NCBI GenBank assembly: GCA_965207885.1
Contig: OZ242311.1
Coordinates: 576,001 to 640,000, forward strand
DNA from: Candidatus Latescibacterota bacterium
Lineage (GTDB): Bacteria > Latescibacterota > UBA2968
Length of the DNA: 64,000 nucleotides
Direction: 5' to 3'
In this document: in pieces, positions 47,229 to 56,553 of the stretch
Layout: each line of letters begins with the position of its first letter
Numbering within the stretch: the first letter of the stretch is position 1
The notes under the pieces: generated by a model
Databases searched by the model: none
What the model saw: only the letters and a program-made list of their open reading frames with translations
What the model was told of the DNA's origin: nothing
Translations under genes and position numbers: made by a program

Positions 47229-47417
47229 TCATCTTCCCACCGGTTGCCCCAGGATCCAATGCGTTTTTGCAGACCTTTTTTCCCAATCCAAAAAATTCTT
47301 AAGAGCCTGTTTTTCTTCGGGGGTCAACTCAAGGTCTTCGGGTTTGGGAGTGCGAAGAAATATGGTTTGAGGTGTCTGTTGTGTAACGGGTTCATTTTGG
47401 GACTGGCTTTGGGACAT
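47229..47417 (-). CDS. Small hypothetical protein (62 aa)
   Basis: GGAGGAG RBS before MSQSQSQ. Confidence 0.6.
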   Translation of the reverse strand: MSQSQSQNEPVTQQTPQTIFLRTPKPEDLELTPEEKQALKNFLDWEKRSAKTHWILGQPVGR

Positions 47418-47572
47418 AACTCTCCTCCGGTTACAATGAAAAACAGAACTACTCAAACAAGATGATTTTGAAACAATGTCAACATAAACTTGACAAATAT
47501 AAGCAAAAAATTCGCTTGAACAAACCAAAAGTTATAATAAAAAAAATAATTCCACAGAAATTGATTGCTAAG

Positions 47573-47836
47573 CTACAACCCTGCTTCCTTTTTGACCTTT
47601 TCCCATGGAATGGGCTTTTTCCCTATTTGTTCCATTTCTTTTACCGCTTGGTCTGCTGCTCGGTTGTCAATCACGTTTTCCAAAAATTGAAAAATTTCTT
47701 CTTCCGGAATACCCTGCTTTTGAGCTTTCACAATAGCAGTTTCAAATGCTTCCCAGAGTTCTCTTTGTACATTTTCGGGTTTCTTGGCGATTGTTGGGCA
47801 AGATTCTGGCACATCAATGGGGGTCGAAATGGCCAT
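47573..47836 (-). CDS. Orphan antitoxin-like protein
   Basis: C-terminal IPWEKVKKEAGL is typical of RelB-like antitoxins; AAGGAG RBS. Confidence 0.6.
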   Translation of the reverse strand: MAISTPIDVPESCPTIAKKPENVQRELWEAFETAIVKAQKQGIPEEEIFQFLENVIDNRAADQAVKEMEQIGKKPIPWEKVKKEAGL

Positions 47837-47910
47837 TGAGATACTCCTTCAGAGCACAAACAAATTTATTGGCCTTACTACGCAAATTTCGCTGTCTGAA
47901 GTTCAAGATT

Positions 47911-48984
47911 TCATGGCGAGTTTCCCCCAGCTCTGCGTAGAAGCTCTTTCGCGATCCAGTTTGTGACATTAGGGGAGCAAGACATTTCGCAAAAGACACT
48001 GCCACTGCGAGGGAGTCCGTAGCCGAACTTCTCATTGACTTCCCTCTGTGTGACAACCTCATCATCGGCTACTATTGTCTCCCACGTGACTCTTACATGG
48101 TACTCAAGACTCTGCTTAAAGACCGTATTGCCAGGTATAACCTGACCGTCAACGATACGTCCGACGGCCATCAATCCTCTGCCACTGACATAAGCGAAAA
48201 CTCGCTGATCTGCGGCACTTCCTTCCAGAATCGATGGTCCGTTCGCATATCCATAGATAGCAATTACGCCTTGATCAAACATTTTTTTATATGCGCCCGG
48301 TGCGTTCTTTTCATTCGTATTAAAAAACCGATCTCTCTCCTCGGATACAACATTTCTTTCTTCCGTCTGAATCTCAGGCAGAGGATCCATCTCCAGTAGA
48401 ATATCCTCATCATCGTCATCTGTGTAGAGCGTAAAAGGCACGAAGCTAATCGGCACATCATACATCTTCAGCCATTCTACAATTCGACATAGACCCTCGT
48501 CAGAACGGGGGGCCACGATACAAATTCGATGACCGTTTGGAATATGATTTTTAGTAGCCTCCGAGTCGTCAGTCAGTTCTTGAAACCGTTCGAGCAAGGA
48601 GACATACTGACCTTCCCCGTGGTGCCGATCCCAGTAGGACCGGTTCAGTCTTTCCAGGTCCTCATAGCTGTTCCCAATTCTATTAGCAGCATATTCGAGC
48701 AATTGGCCAACTGTCGCTCTGTCAGACCAGTCCCGCTTTATCTCGACGATGACCAAACGCCCGTAGGCGTCCAAAGCCAGTATGTCGGCCATGCGCTGAC
48801 CGCTGACAGATTGACTGATCACCAATACCTGTTGAGTTCCAAACAACAACTCTGGATTTTTTGCCATCCAGTTCTCCAAATCCTTCTCCTTGAGATTCAA
48901 AGCTGAAGCCTCCCGTCTCATAAATGGCTGAAATGCGGTTTGTTGCTCCTCACGAATCAGTTTGAATAACATCGGTGCCCCCAT
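47911..48984 (-). CDS. NucS-like PD-(D/E)XK nuclease with a C-terminal PUA/EVE-like domain
   Basis: EKDLE, ADILALD...VEIKR...GQLLEY; C-terminal VFAYVSGRGLMAVGRI. Confidence 0.7.
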   Translation of the reverse strand: MGAPMLFKLIREEQQTAFQPFMRREASALNLKEKDLENWMAKNPELLFGTQQVLVISQSVSGQRMADILALDAYGRLVIVEIKRDWSDRATVGQLLEYAANRIGNSYEDLERLNRSYWDRHHGEGQYVSLLERFQELTDDSEATKNHIPNGHRICIVAPRSDEGLCRIVEWLKMYDVPISFVPFTLYTDDDDEDILLEMDPLPEIQTEERNVVSEERDRFFNTNEKNAPGAYKKMFDQGVIAIYGYANGPSILEGSAADQRVFAYVSGRGLMAVGRIVDGQVIPGNTVFKQSLEYHVRVTWETIVADDEVVTQREVNEKFGYGLPRSGSVFCEMSCSPNVTNWIAKELLRRAGGNSP

Positions 48985-49386
48985 TTTTTGTAATCACTGT
49001 TCAAACAACACTTTTTTTATAATATAATTTTCCCCTCACAAGATCAAGCCTGACCTGGAGATTTTGTGAGCATTTTCTTAAAACCAGACCAGAGTCTTGA
49101 TAAGCATGTTTCTGGTCCTATTTCTCGAGGCTCTTCGGGAAGCATGCCCTCCCACTCCCTCAGCGTCGAACGCACTGCCCAGGCCGCCAAAAGATCAAGG
49201 TGGCCCCCGCCGCGAACAAGGCGAGAATTCCTGCAATGAGAGCGATGGTTCCTCCAATTTTTTGCATGTTATCTTTCCTTTCCTTCAACGATCCACAATA
49301 AATCATTACCACTCCTTTCTACTGATACGTCAGACAAGATTATAACAAATGCGCTGTTGGTTTTTGCCGACAAATTACGAATATGA

Positions 49387-50745
49387 TCAGGGAAATTCGC
49401 GATAGATTTCGAGGGGGTTTTCAAACTGGAGACACTCAGCCACAAAGGTCAAAGAGACGCAGCCAATCGGACCGTTGCGTTGCTTGCCCAATATGATCTC
49501 GGCTCTGCCTTCTTGCGTATTGCCCTCTTCATCTACAATGCCATATACTTCGGGGCGAAAGAGAAACATCACCACATCCGCGTCCTGTTCCAGCGAGCCG
49601 CTCTCGCGCAAATCGGCCAATTGCGGTCGTTTATCCGTGCGACTTTCCACAGCCCGCGACAATTGCGCGCAGGCAACGATCGGAATATCGAGTTCTTTGG
49701 CGAGGGCTTTCAGGGACCGCGAGATATAGGCGATTTCCTGTTCGCGGCTACCAAAATTTTCAGATGTGGTCATCAGTTGTAGATAATCGAAAATGATTAA
49801 TCCGATATTGTATTCGGATTTAGCGCGGCGCGCTTTGGCTCGCAGTTCCCTGACGGAAATAGCAGGTGTGTCATCGATGTATAGTGGTGCTTCCATTAGT
49901 TTTCCGATCCAGTTGGCTAAACGGTGCCAGTCCTCTTCGGAGAGATTGCCTGTTCGAAAGATGTGCGAATTCACGCGCGCTTCACTACATAAGAGTCGCT
50001 GCGCGAGTTGCCCTGTTGACATTTCCAGGGAAAAATACAGTACGGGTACACGGTTCACAGCGGCATTGCGCGCCATGCACAATGTGAGTGCTGTTTTGCC
50101 CATTGAGGGACGCGATGCGAGGATGACCAGGTCCGAAGGTTGAAAGCCGGCTGTCATCTGATCCAGGTCCGTATAGCCCGTGTTCACGCCAGCAAGCGCG
50201 CCGCGTTGCGCAATTTCAATGGCTTTCTCAATTGTAGAGGAAATGGGTGTCACGCCTTTGCCCAATTCGCGTTCGGCAATTTGAAAGACCCGTTGTTCGG
50301 CGCGGTCGATGAGTTCGCGCACATCCTCGGTTTCTTCATAGCTTTCGGTAAGCGTTTGGGGCGCTGCGGCAATCAAGCGTCGCCTCTGCGCTTTTTCCAG
50401 AACGATCTGCGCGTGGTATTCGGCATTGGCTGCTGTCGCCATTTCACTGGCTAACTCGGCAATGAAAACCGCACCGCCGATATCGTCGAGTTGTCCTCGT
50501 CGCACGAGTTCTTCGGTCAGTGTGACTTGATCGACGGGATCACCGCGCTCTGACATTTTTTGGATTGCTGCATAGACTTTTCGGTGTGGGGTATGGTAAA
50601 AGGTCGTTTCATCCCCCAGTACTTCGACCACGCGATTGATAGTCATATTGTCAATCAACATGGCACCCAACACAGCGCGCTCGACTTCGAATGCCTGAGG
50701 CAGTGCGCGTTCAGCCGTGTTTGATGTCGGATTTTGGGAGGCCAT
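49387..50745 (-). CDS. dnaB: Replicative DNA helicase DnaB (possibly an accessory paralogue)
   Basis: ASRPSMGKT, FSLEM, DYLQL, QLSRAVE, DLRESGSLEQDAD and KQRNGP. Confidence 0.95.
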   Translation of the reverse strand: MASQNPTSNTAERALPQAFEVERAVLGAMLIDNMTINRVVEVLGDETTFYHTPHRKVYAAIQKMSERGDPVDQVTLTEELVRRGQLDDIGGAVFIAELASEMATAANAEYHAQIVLEKAQRRRLIAAAPQTLTESYEETEDVRELIDRAEQRVFQIAERELGKGVTPISSTIEKAIEIAQRGALAGVNTGYTDLDQMTAGFQPSDLVILASRPSMGKTALTLCMARNAAVNRVPVLYFSLEMSTGQLAQRLLCSEARVNSHIFRTGNLSEEDWHRLANWIGKLMEAPLYIDDTPAISVRELRAKARRAKSEYNIGLIIFDYLQLMTTSENFGSREQEIAYISRSLKALAKELDIPIVACAQLSRAVESRTDKRPQLADLRESGSLEQDADVVMFLFRPEVYGIVDEEGNTQEGRAEIILGKQRNGPIGCVSLTFVAECLQFENPLEIYREFP

Positions 50746-50791
50746 CAGATTTTAGTTATAGGTTTTAGTTTTTTGTGATTTTTTTCAAAAA

Positions 50792-50860
50792 AAAAGAGAC
50801 GCATTGCAAGGAATGCGTCTCTAAGATAAATAAGAAGTATGACAGGGTATGTCGTAGGTG
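50792..50860 (-). promoter_or_regulatory. WYL-box promoter/terminator module, copy A
   Basis: 66/69 identical to 57906-57974. Minus strand: ACGACA-N5-TGTCAT, 10 nt, TATCTT, then a 10-bp hairpin and T tract. Confidence 0.75.
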
Positions 50861-50930
50861 ATTAAATTTTTTTCGCATGCACCCTATTTTTGGGCAGGAT
50901 TAAGACCGAAATGGCTTACCTTCAGGCCAC

Positions 50931-51344
50931 CTATGTAGCTATGACGGTTAGTAAATCTTGTGTAGTAATAGTTTGAATGTCTTCAATGTCTATAAGATCG
51001 AGATCCTGAGTCCACAATGGCGTCCCGAGATGATATGTGAGAGCGAGAATATCTACGTCTTTTGGATCGCGAAGTCCAATTTTATTTCTTGCTCGACTAA
51101 GAGCAGAGCTATACAGACCTGATTGATAAGCAACTAATGGAAAGTCTTCAAATGTCTCCAGTATTTCAATTTCTGAGATTTCAAGACGCTCTGCTATTTC
51201 TGGTATATATTTTTTGACTTCCCAGGTTGTGCGTTCTGTTGTAGCAAATAAAAATAACGGACTGTATAGCAATTTTAATGCTTGCCCTCCCAGGAGTGCA
51301 GAAATCAGTGGGCTTGCATCAACAACAAGCTCAAGTCGCGGCAT
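50931..51344 (-). CDS. PIN-domain toxin
   Basis: LVVDAS, RDPKDVDILAL and LWTQD. Confidence 0.85.
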   Translation of the reverse strand: MPRLELVVDASPLISALLGGQALKLLYSPLFLFATTERTTWEVKKYIPEIAERLEISEIEILETFEDFPLVAYQSGLYSSALSRARNKIGLRDPKDVDILALTYHLGTPLWTQDLDLIDIEDIQTITTQDLLTVIAT

Positions 51345-51588
51345 TCCCCTGCCTCAAATTCTCTCGAAATATTTCAAAGTCTTTGAGAATTTCATCCTCT
51401 GTCAAATTTTTTTCTTGTAATTTTTTTCTTATCTTTTTTCCTCTTTTTTCTGCTTTTTGACGGCGCAGTTCTAAAAGATGATGGTCAACGGCATGTTCCA
51501 AACCTTGCGCGATGGTTTCGTACCCGCCAGCTTGACATAGTTTGCCGAGTTTTTCCAAAATCTCATTGGACAATCGGATCGTTTCCAT
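51331..51588 (-). CDS. Putative RHH-like antitoxin
   Basis: Overlaps the PIN start; 85 aa, charged. Confidence 0.7.
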   Translation of the reverse strand: METIRLSNEILEKLGKLCQAGGYETIAQGLEHAVDHHLLELRRQKAEKRGKKIRKKLQEKNLTEDEILKDFEIFRENLRQGNAAT

Positions 51589-51704
51589 AGGATCAATACC
51601 ACCTTATCTGATGTTTGAAATCCTTTGTGTTAAGCTATAGTCTCGCTTTTTCATTAATAAAATGTAGCCAATGCAAACAGATTCTTCAAGAGAATTCACC
51701 TGGA

Positions 51705-53159
51705 TTATTTCGAAAGATACTTCACGAGTTCCACCATTCCCAGGGTGTCGTGCTTGCAATAAGCCAGCAACTCGCGTGTCAAACGTTCGCGCTCGGCGGC
51801 ATCAGTCGCGGAGTTGATGATTTGTAAATAGGTCGTGCCTGCCGCGCTTCCATCCTGCACATCACCGAGCGATCCATATCCGAGATGCGGTGCTATCGTG
51901 GGTAACACGTTCTTGATTGACCACGAGCCGCGCATGTCGGGGTGATAATAAGTTTTCCGCACGATGGAGAGGAGATCCTCGAGTCGTTCCATCAATTTTT
52001 GAAGTTCCTCGGCGAGATCGGGGTAGCGGTTTGCCAGATCATTCAAGACTCTCTTTTCATAGCTACCGTATGCGAAGATCGGCCCTTCCTTTCCTATGGC
52101 CTCTATCAGCGATTCCGCACAGGTACGCATCGGCGCATTGCCGCTGGTGTCAAGGTATTCCTCGTGCTGAAATTCTCCGCTGGCAAGCTCAATGTGACAG
52201 GACCATTGAAATGGCAATGGCTTGTAAGGGCCTGTACCTTCCCAGATGGGAACTGCGAATTGGATGGTCTCGAAGTCGAGGTAGTAACGCGGATAACCAT
52301 ATTCGCCGACCTCAGCAGCCTCTGGTCTCAGTTCTGGCTTTCCCGTTATCGTGACACGTCGTACCCTTTCTTGTGTAGCACTGCTCAAGCGGCCTTCAGG
52401 TATGTCGCGGATGTCTTCAATGCCTTCAGCGGTCAGGGCGTCTATGAGTTGGCGGGAAATACGAGGCAGATATCGCAGCGGATACTTGGTCTCTTCGCCG
52501 CGGCAATAATCGATAAAGGGACAGGTATAGGGATCCGTACACTGGTCCCCCATTTCGATTTCGGGTTCGCCATCGTTGAGCATTTCTCTATAGCGTTGCA
52601 CCCATTGCGGGACTGCGCGGCTCAGTTCCCGCACTTCTTCTGTGATGTCTTTATAGTGGAACAGACCCCGGTAATCGCCGTTGCCGGGGTACACGAATTG
52701 CCTATTGATGTGACAAAGATAGATTGCTTTGACCGGTATGCCCGCGGATTCCAGAACCCAGGTTTGCACTGCACTGTCTGCGTAATGATGATCTTTGACC
52801 GAGGTGCTGGATTTTACTTCGATGATTTCAAAGCCACCGCTGCACGGCTTGAGGATATCTACACAGACCAGAACATCATGCGCTTTGAAGGTGGCTTCGA
52901 AGATCGGCTTACCGGGCTGTTCTGACAGCAGACGCTGGGTCTCCTCTACAGCAGCCTTCGCTCCGTGATCGTAGGAGACGAGGACCCCGTCCAGATATTG
53001 GGCGTGAGCCACCTCATTGACGTTATCGCCCGCAGCAAAGCGCTGCTCAACGTCGGAGCCGTATTCGATGAGATGGGACCGATACATCTCCAGCCACAGA
53101 CGCTTTTCACACTGACGACCTGCCATGATTTTCGATTTGGAGAGATAATGTCTGTTCAT
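51705..53159 (-). CDS. DUF2779-type protein (RecB/Cas4-like nuclease plus RNase H-like domain)
   Basis: LSKSK...QC.KRLWL, DIL...EVKSST, C..PY.CPF..YC, LDFET and YC..DT. Confidence 0.8.
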   Translation of the reverse strand: MNRHYLSKSKIMAGRQCEKRLWLEMYRSHLIEYGSDVEQRFAAGDNVNEVAHAQYLDGVLVSYDHGAKAAVEETQRLLSEQPGKPIFEATFKAHDVLVCVDILKPCSGGFEIIEVKSSTSVKDHHYADSAVQTWVLESAGIPVKAIYLCHINRQFVYPGNGDYRGLFHYKDITEEVRELSRAVPQWVQRYREMLNDGEPEIEMGDQCTDPYTCPFIDYCRGEETKYPLRYLPRISRQLIDALTAEGIEDIRDIPEGRLSSATQERVRRVTITGKPELRPEAAEVGEYGYPRYYLDFETIQFAVPIWEGTGPYKPLPFQWSCHIELASGEFQHEEYLDTSGNAPMRTCAESLIEAIGKEGPIFAYGSYEKRVLNDLANRYPDLAEELQKLMERLEDLLSIVRKTYYHPDMRGSWSIKNVLPTIAPHLGYGSLGDVQDGSAAGTTYLQIINSATDAAERERLTRELLAYCKHDTLGMVELVKYLSK

Positions 53160-53249
53160 GGTTTATTTTTTTAAGTGGCTTGTTTGTAAACGATAGCGCA
53201 TCCAGTTCTCAAACCATTGAGGTGGCTTTGAGTCCGGTACAACGGCAGA

Positions 53250-54341
53250 TTAATCACCCTGTAATGTACTCTGTTGGGCATCGTACATGGCACGCGTAAG
53301 TTTGTTCAACTTCTCTTTGTGAGTCTCCCAATCAGCCGCGGTCAACTGGAATCCAATCTCCAGGTAGTTTTCCAGCGCAGCGTCGAGGTCTTTCAGCGCA
53401 TCATCCTCACGGTTTGGCGGATATGTTTTGAATGGAATCTCTTTTATGAGCAGCTTAAATTCATCCAGGCACAACTTGATAGCATTCCGAAAGAAAACGA
53501 CCACTACCATCTTTTCTCGCGGGTCAATGCGAGCGTAAGTGTTTCTGACACGTCTTCCTGTGTTACTCCGCTTTTGGAGACGAAAGTTGAGACCATGCCT
53601 ATTACTGCTTTCGAGAGAGCTGGGCCAATTTTCACGGAACTTTTTTGCTACAGTGTCGAACAAGTCAGATATGCCGTGTTTCTTGTTGCGGCTATCCAAC
53701 AACTCCCTGAATTCTTCCTGGCTCCGTCTTGTCCGCCTGACCTGCCGGGAATCGTCGTCATCGCCTTCAACGTGCATCTGCCGCGCGAGGAGTACCTTCC
53801 CTTCTTGTTCAAAGCCGTAAAAGGTCAACAGGGATATGTCCATGCCGTTTTTGGCGAGATAGTTCACCATTCGCTCGGTCGTGTCATCAACGCCCAATCC
53901 GACCAAGAACATACGCAGTGGTCTCAGAGAGTCCAGATTGTCCACATCTAAATTTTCGTTTTCGATGTACCATCTTTCAAAGTCGTTGATCTTATCAATC
54001 CCATGTGCGCCTGACTTATTGGAGATGTGATTAACCAGGGCATCCAGATCCATATCTTCAAGATAGGATACGTAGTCTATAATCTGTGCTATAGCATCTC
54101 GAGATAAGGTGCCGCGTTTTAACTCGAATACAACCAGACTGCCATCGCTATCGACGCCGAGTAGATCCAGTGGGCCTCCTTCTGTCTGTGTTTGTCGTCC
54201 TACGAGCGTTAATCCTGGCATCAGTAGTTCGGGATTTTTGACCAATATTTCCTCCAGAAGCCTCTCAGAATCCATTCGGTTTGTCTGTTGTACCGGTGAT
54301 ACTTGAGAGCTTTCAATTGTCCATATCTTGATTTCGTCCAT
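53250..54341 (-). CDS. NucS-like PD-(D/E)XK nuclease with an unknown C-terminal domain
   Basis: ERLLE, LDLLGVD...FELKRG...AQIIDY. Confidence 0.75.
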   Translation of the reverse strand: MDEIKIWTIESSQVSPVQQTNRMDSERLLEEILVKNPELLMPGLTLVGRQTQTEGGPLDLLGVDSDGSLVVFELKRGTLSRDAIAQIIDYVSYLEDMDLDALVNHISNKSGAHGIDKINDFERWYIENENLDVDNLDSLRPLRMFLVGLGVDDTTERMVNYLAKNGMDISLLTFYGFEQEGKVLLARQMHVEGDDDDSRQVRRTRRSQEEFRELLDSRNKKHGISDLFDTVAKKFRENWPSSLESSNRHGLNFRLQKRSNTGRRVRNTYARIDPREKMVVVVFFRNAIKLCLDEFKLLIKEIPFKTYPPNREDDALKDLDAALENYLEIGFQLTAADWETHKEKLNKLTRAMYDAQQSTLQGD

Positions 54342-54770
54342 TTATCTTCCCTTTTTTAGAAGCGGTGAGAAATAAAAAATCACTTGACCAATGATTACGT
54401 CCCTTGTTGTGTATAAAAACTGTAAATATCTACAAAGATCAGAAAATTGGAAAAATCTACTGTTCCGTCATTAAGGGGGTTATACCCTTAATAGGAAATA
54501 CGCCCTTAGCTGCTTTTTTAAGATGAAGGAAGGACCCGCCCGACATAAAAAGAGACTTTATAGTATAGCGGTCGTATTTTGTGCGTTTTATCTTGGCTCT
54601 CCTTTTGGTCTGAACAACTCCATTTTAATGGCTTCCGGTAGTGTCTCAGTTTGAAAATTTGCGGTTTTCTGTTGACAGGGGTACGGTGCGTACTTTATTA
54701 TTCAACTTAACCCGCAGATTTCGTTCGTTCACAAGAGAAATACATTCAGGATTCAGGAGGGCAACCGACT

Positions 54771-54986
54771 ATGCCAAAGGGACCAAACGGAGAAAAGCGC
54801 CCTGGCGATGTCGTATCTTGTGCTGTAACAGTAGCACGTATTGCAACCGGTGAAATAGAAGATACGAAATACAAACAGCCAGGCAAACGAAAAGGAGGGG
54901 TCGCAGGTGGGCGTGCCCGTGCAAAAGCACTCTCGCCAAAGCGACGCAAAGAAATAGCGAAAAAAGCTGCCGCCGCAAGGTGGTAG
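54771..54986 (+). CDS. Small basic putative nucleic-acid-binding protein
   Basis: GGxAGGRARAKALSPKRRKEIAKKAAAARW; TTGACA promoter, AGGAGG RBS and a terminator at 55004-55034. Confidence 0.8.
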   Translation: MPKGPNGEKRPGDVVSCAVTVARIATGEIEDTKYKQPGKRKGGVAGGRARAKALSPKRRKEIAKKAAAARW

Positions 54987-55091
54987 CTATCAGAGCAAGG
55001 AATAAGCCGAGGTCTATACGATCTCGGCTTTTTTGTTTTCAAAAACCACTCTATCCTTGACAATGGCTTTTTGCAGTGGTACATTTCTTAT

Positions 55092-55250
55092 GCTTCAGAT
55101 TAGTCACACTCAGTAGAGGCCCCGCTTGGTCGGGTAGCCTGCTGAATAGAATAGCCAAATTGTGGAGCGGATTAGCTACCCGTCCCCGGTGAATAGGTAG
55201 GGCCCTCCTCGCATCTCTCTGCGTGAGTGTGACTACTACCCGGCATCCTT
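55092..55250 (+). ncRNA. Predicted structured small RNA 1
   Basis: TTGACA-17-TACATT promoter; stems 55101-55112/55224-55235 (12 bp) and 55131-55138/55175-55182 (8 bp). Confidence 0.55.
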
Positions 55251-55280
55251 GCGCAATCTTTTCCACACACATTCATACAC

Positions 55281-55385
55281 AAAAAAGAGCCGGAAGACTC
55301 TGGCGGAGCCTCCCGGCAAAGGCAGACACGCGAACCACCCGTTGAAAGTTTATCGCTGCATCCACCTGATTCGTAAATGAGTGGA
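55281..55385 (-). ncRNA. Predicted small RNA 2
   Basis: TTGACA (55418-55413)-17-TACTTT; 12-bp terminator whose G.U pairs form only on the minus strand, followed by a U tract. Confidence 0.5.
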
Positions 55386-55465
55386 TTTCAAAGTAAGTAA
55401 AAACCTGCTTTGTGTCAATTCTGTTACAGGTGGATGTGGCGACTCACCACACAGAGGAGGTTTAA

Positions 55466-56098
55466 ATGTATAGGTTCATTCTTGCTGTTTTGTCGGTACT
55501 TGTGTACTCTGCTGGCTCGCCAATGCTCGCTACTGAGCGGCCTTATTTACGGACTGATAGCGGCCAAGCCCGTCAGTTGCGCTATTCGGAGATCTATGCA
55601 ACGGCCTGGTACGGAACAGAGGGCACCATTAACCTTCATATAATAATGTCATGGACTCCTAGCAATTCCATGACCTTCGTGAAATGGTTAGTAGTCAACG
55701 ATACGGCTCGGGATCTGTATTCTGTGACCATTGGAGACAGGGAGTACGAGTGTTCTAATGGAAATGTGATAACCGTCAAGGGGAATTGGTGGACTGATCC
55801 CTTGGAGGGCAGAAGGGTAGATGACACCGTGGTCATTGGAGGCAGGGAGTACGAATTGCCGCGGGGGTGGATGCGGCGTGTTGGTGGGACCAACCCCGAC
55901 ATCATACTCCACAAGAAGTCTCCGCGCGGCCAGAAGGAGTGTCCGCGCATCACAAGCATCCGCCTGAAGGGAGACCCTAAATCTCTTGTTAAATACCTCA
56001 TCAACAAAGGTGACAAAGATGTGCATGGCTGGGGAGAGGGCGGGCGAGTTGAGGTTTACCGGAAGGTATCCCGTCGCTGGAAATTGGAGATTAAATAG
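55466..56098 (+). CDS. Secreted hypothetical protein (transposon cargo)
   Basis: GAGGAGG RBS, signal peptide, two Cys. Confidence 0.75.
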   Translation: MYRFILAVLSVLVYSAGSPMLATERPYLRTDSGQARQLRYSEIYATAWYGTEGTINLHIIMSWTPSNSMTFVKWLVVNDTARDLYSVTIGDREYECSNGNVITVKGNWWTDPLEGRRVDDTVVIGGREYELPRGWMRRVGGTNPDIILHKKSPRGQKECPRITSIRLKGDPKSLVKYLINKGDKDVHGWGEGGRVEVYRKVSRRWKLEIK

Positions 56099-56116
56099 GC
56101 CACATAGCTTTAGTCG

Positions 56117-56302
56117 CTATCGCGGGATCTGATAATCCTCAATGACCGTGATTTCCTCCAAGGTGACGCCTGGTGCTGGTCTGATGGTTTTTACCAATAT
56201 CTGACGCTTCTTCTGCTGTTCGGCCCGATTCTGCCTTTCAGGGCAGATTCTGGTGCATAGCACATAATAGCCAAGATACGGGCATTGCTGACACTTTACC
56301 AT
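56117..56302 (-). CDS. Small Cys-rich protein (61 aa, transposon cargo)
   Basis: GAGGAG RBS; CQQC...CTRIC; own TTGACA-17-TAATAT promoter at 56490-56462. Confidence 0.5.
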   Translation of the reverse strand: MVKCQQCPYLGYYVLCTRICPERQNRAEQQKKRQILVKTIRPAPGVTLEEITVIEDYQIPR

Positions 56303-56363
56303 GACAGAGGTCTCCTCTAACTAAAGACTTGACCTCAGTACACAAATTTAGTATAATCTAAGT

Positions 56364-56412
56364 GTCTGGTGCCAAGGCATTCTTTTGGGGCGTGCTCATA
56401 ACACGCCCTTTT
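56364..56412 (+). ncRNA. Predicted ~50-nt small RNA 3, antisense to the leader of the 61-aa gene
   Basis: TTGACC-17-TATAAT (56329-56357), then a GGGCGTG/CACGCCC hairpin and TTTT. Confidence 0.45.
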
Positions 56413-56553
56413 CCTTGCCCACCTCATTTTCGGCAGGCTCGTTGCGCTCTGCAACTATTCAATATTAACCGTTTTTCCCCACCCTGTCAACCATTCCCAC
56501 TTAGTTTGACATAAATGCTTGACAAACAGCACCTTAATCGCTAAATTTAAGGT

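Noticed and set aside
49070-49270. Small membrane-protein gene downstream of dnaB (minus strand, MQKIGGTIALIAG...)
   Set aside because: Apparently frameshifted after about 26 codons and too short to assign; treated as debris.
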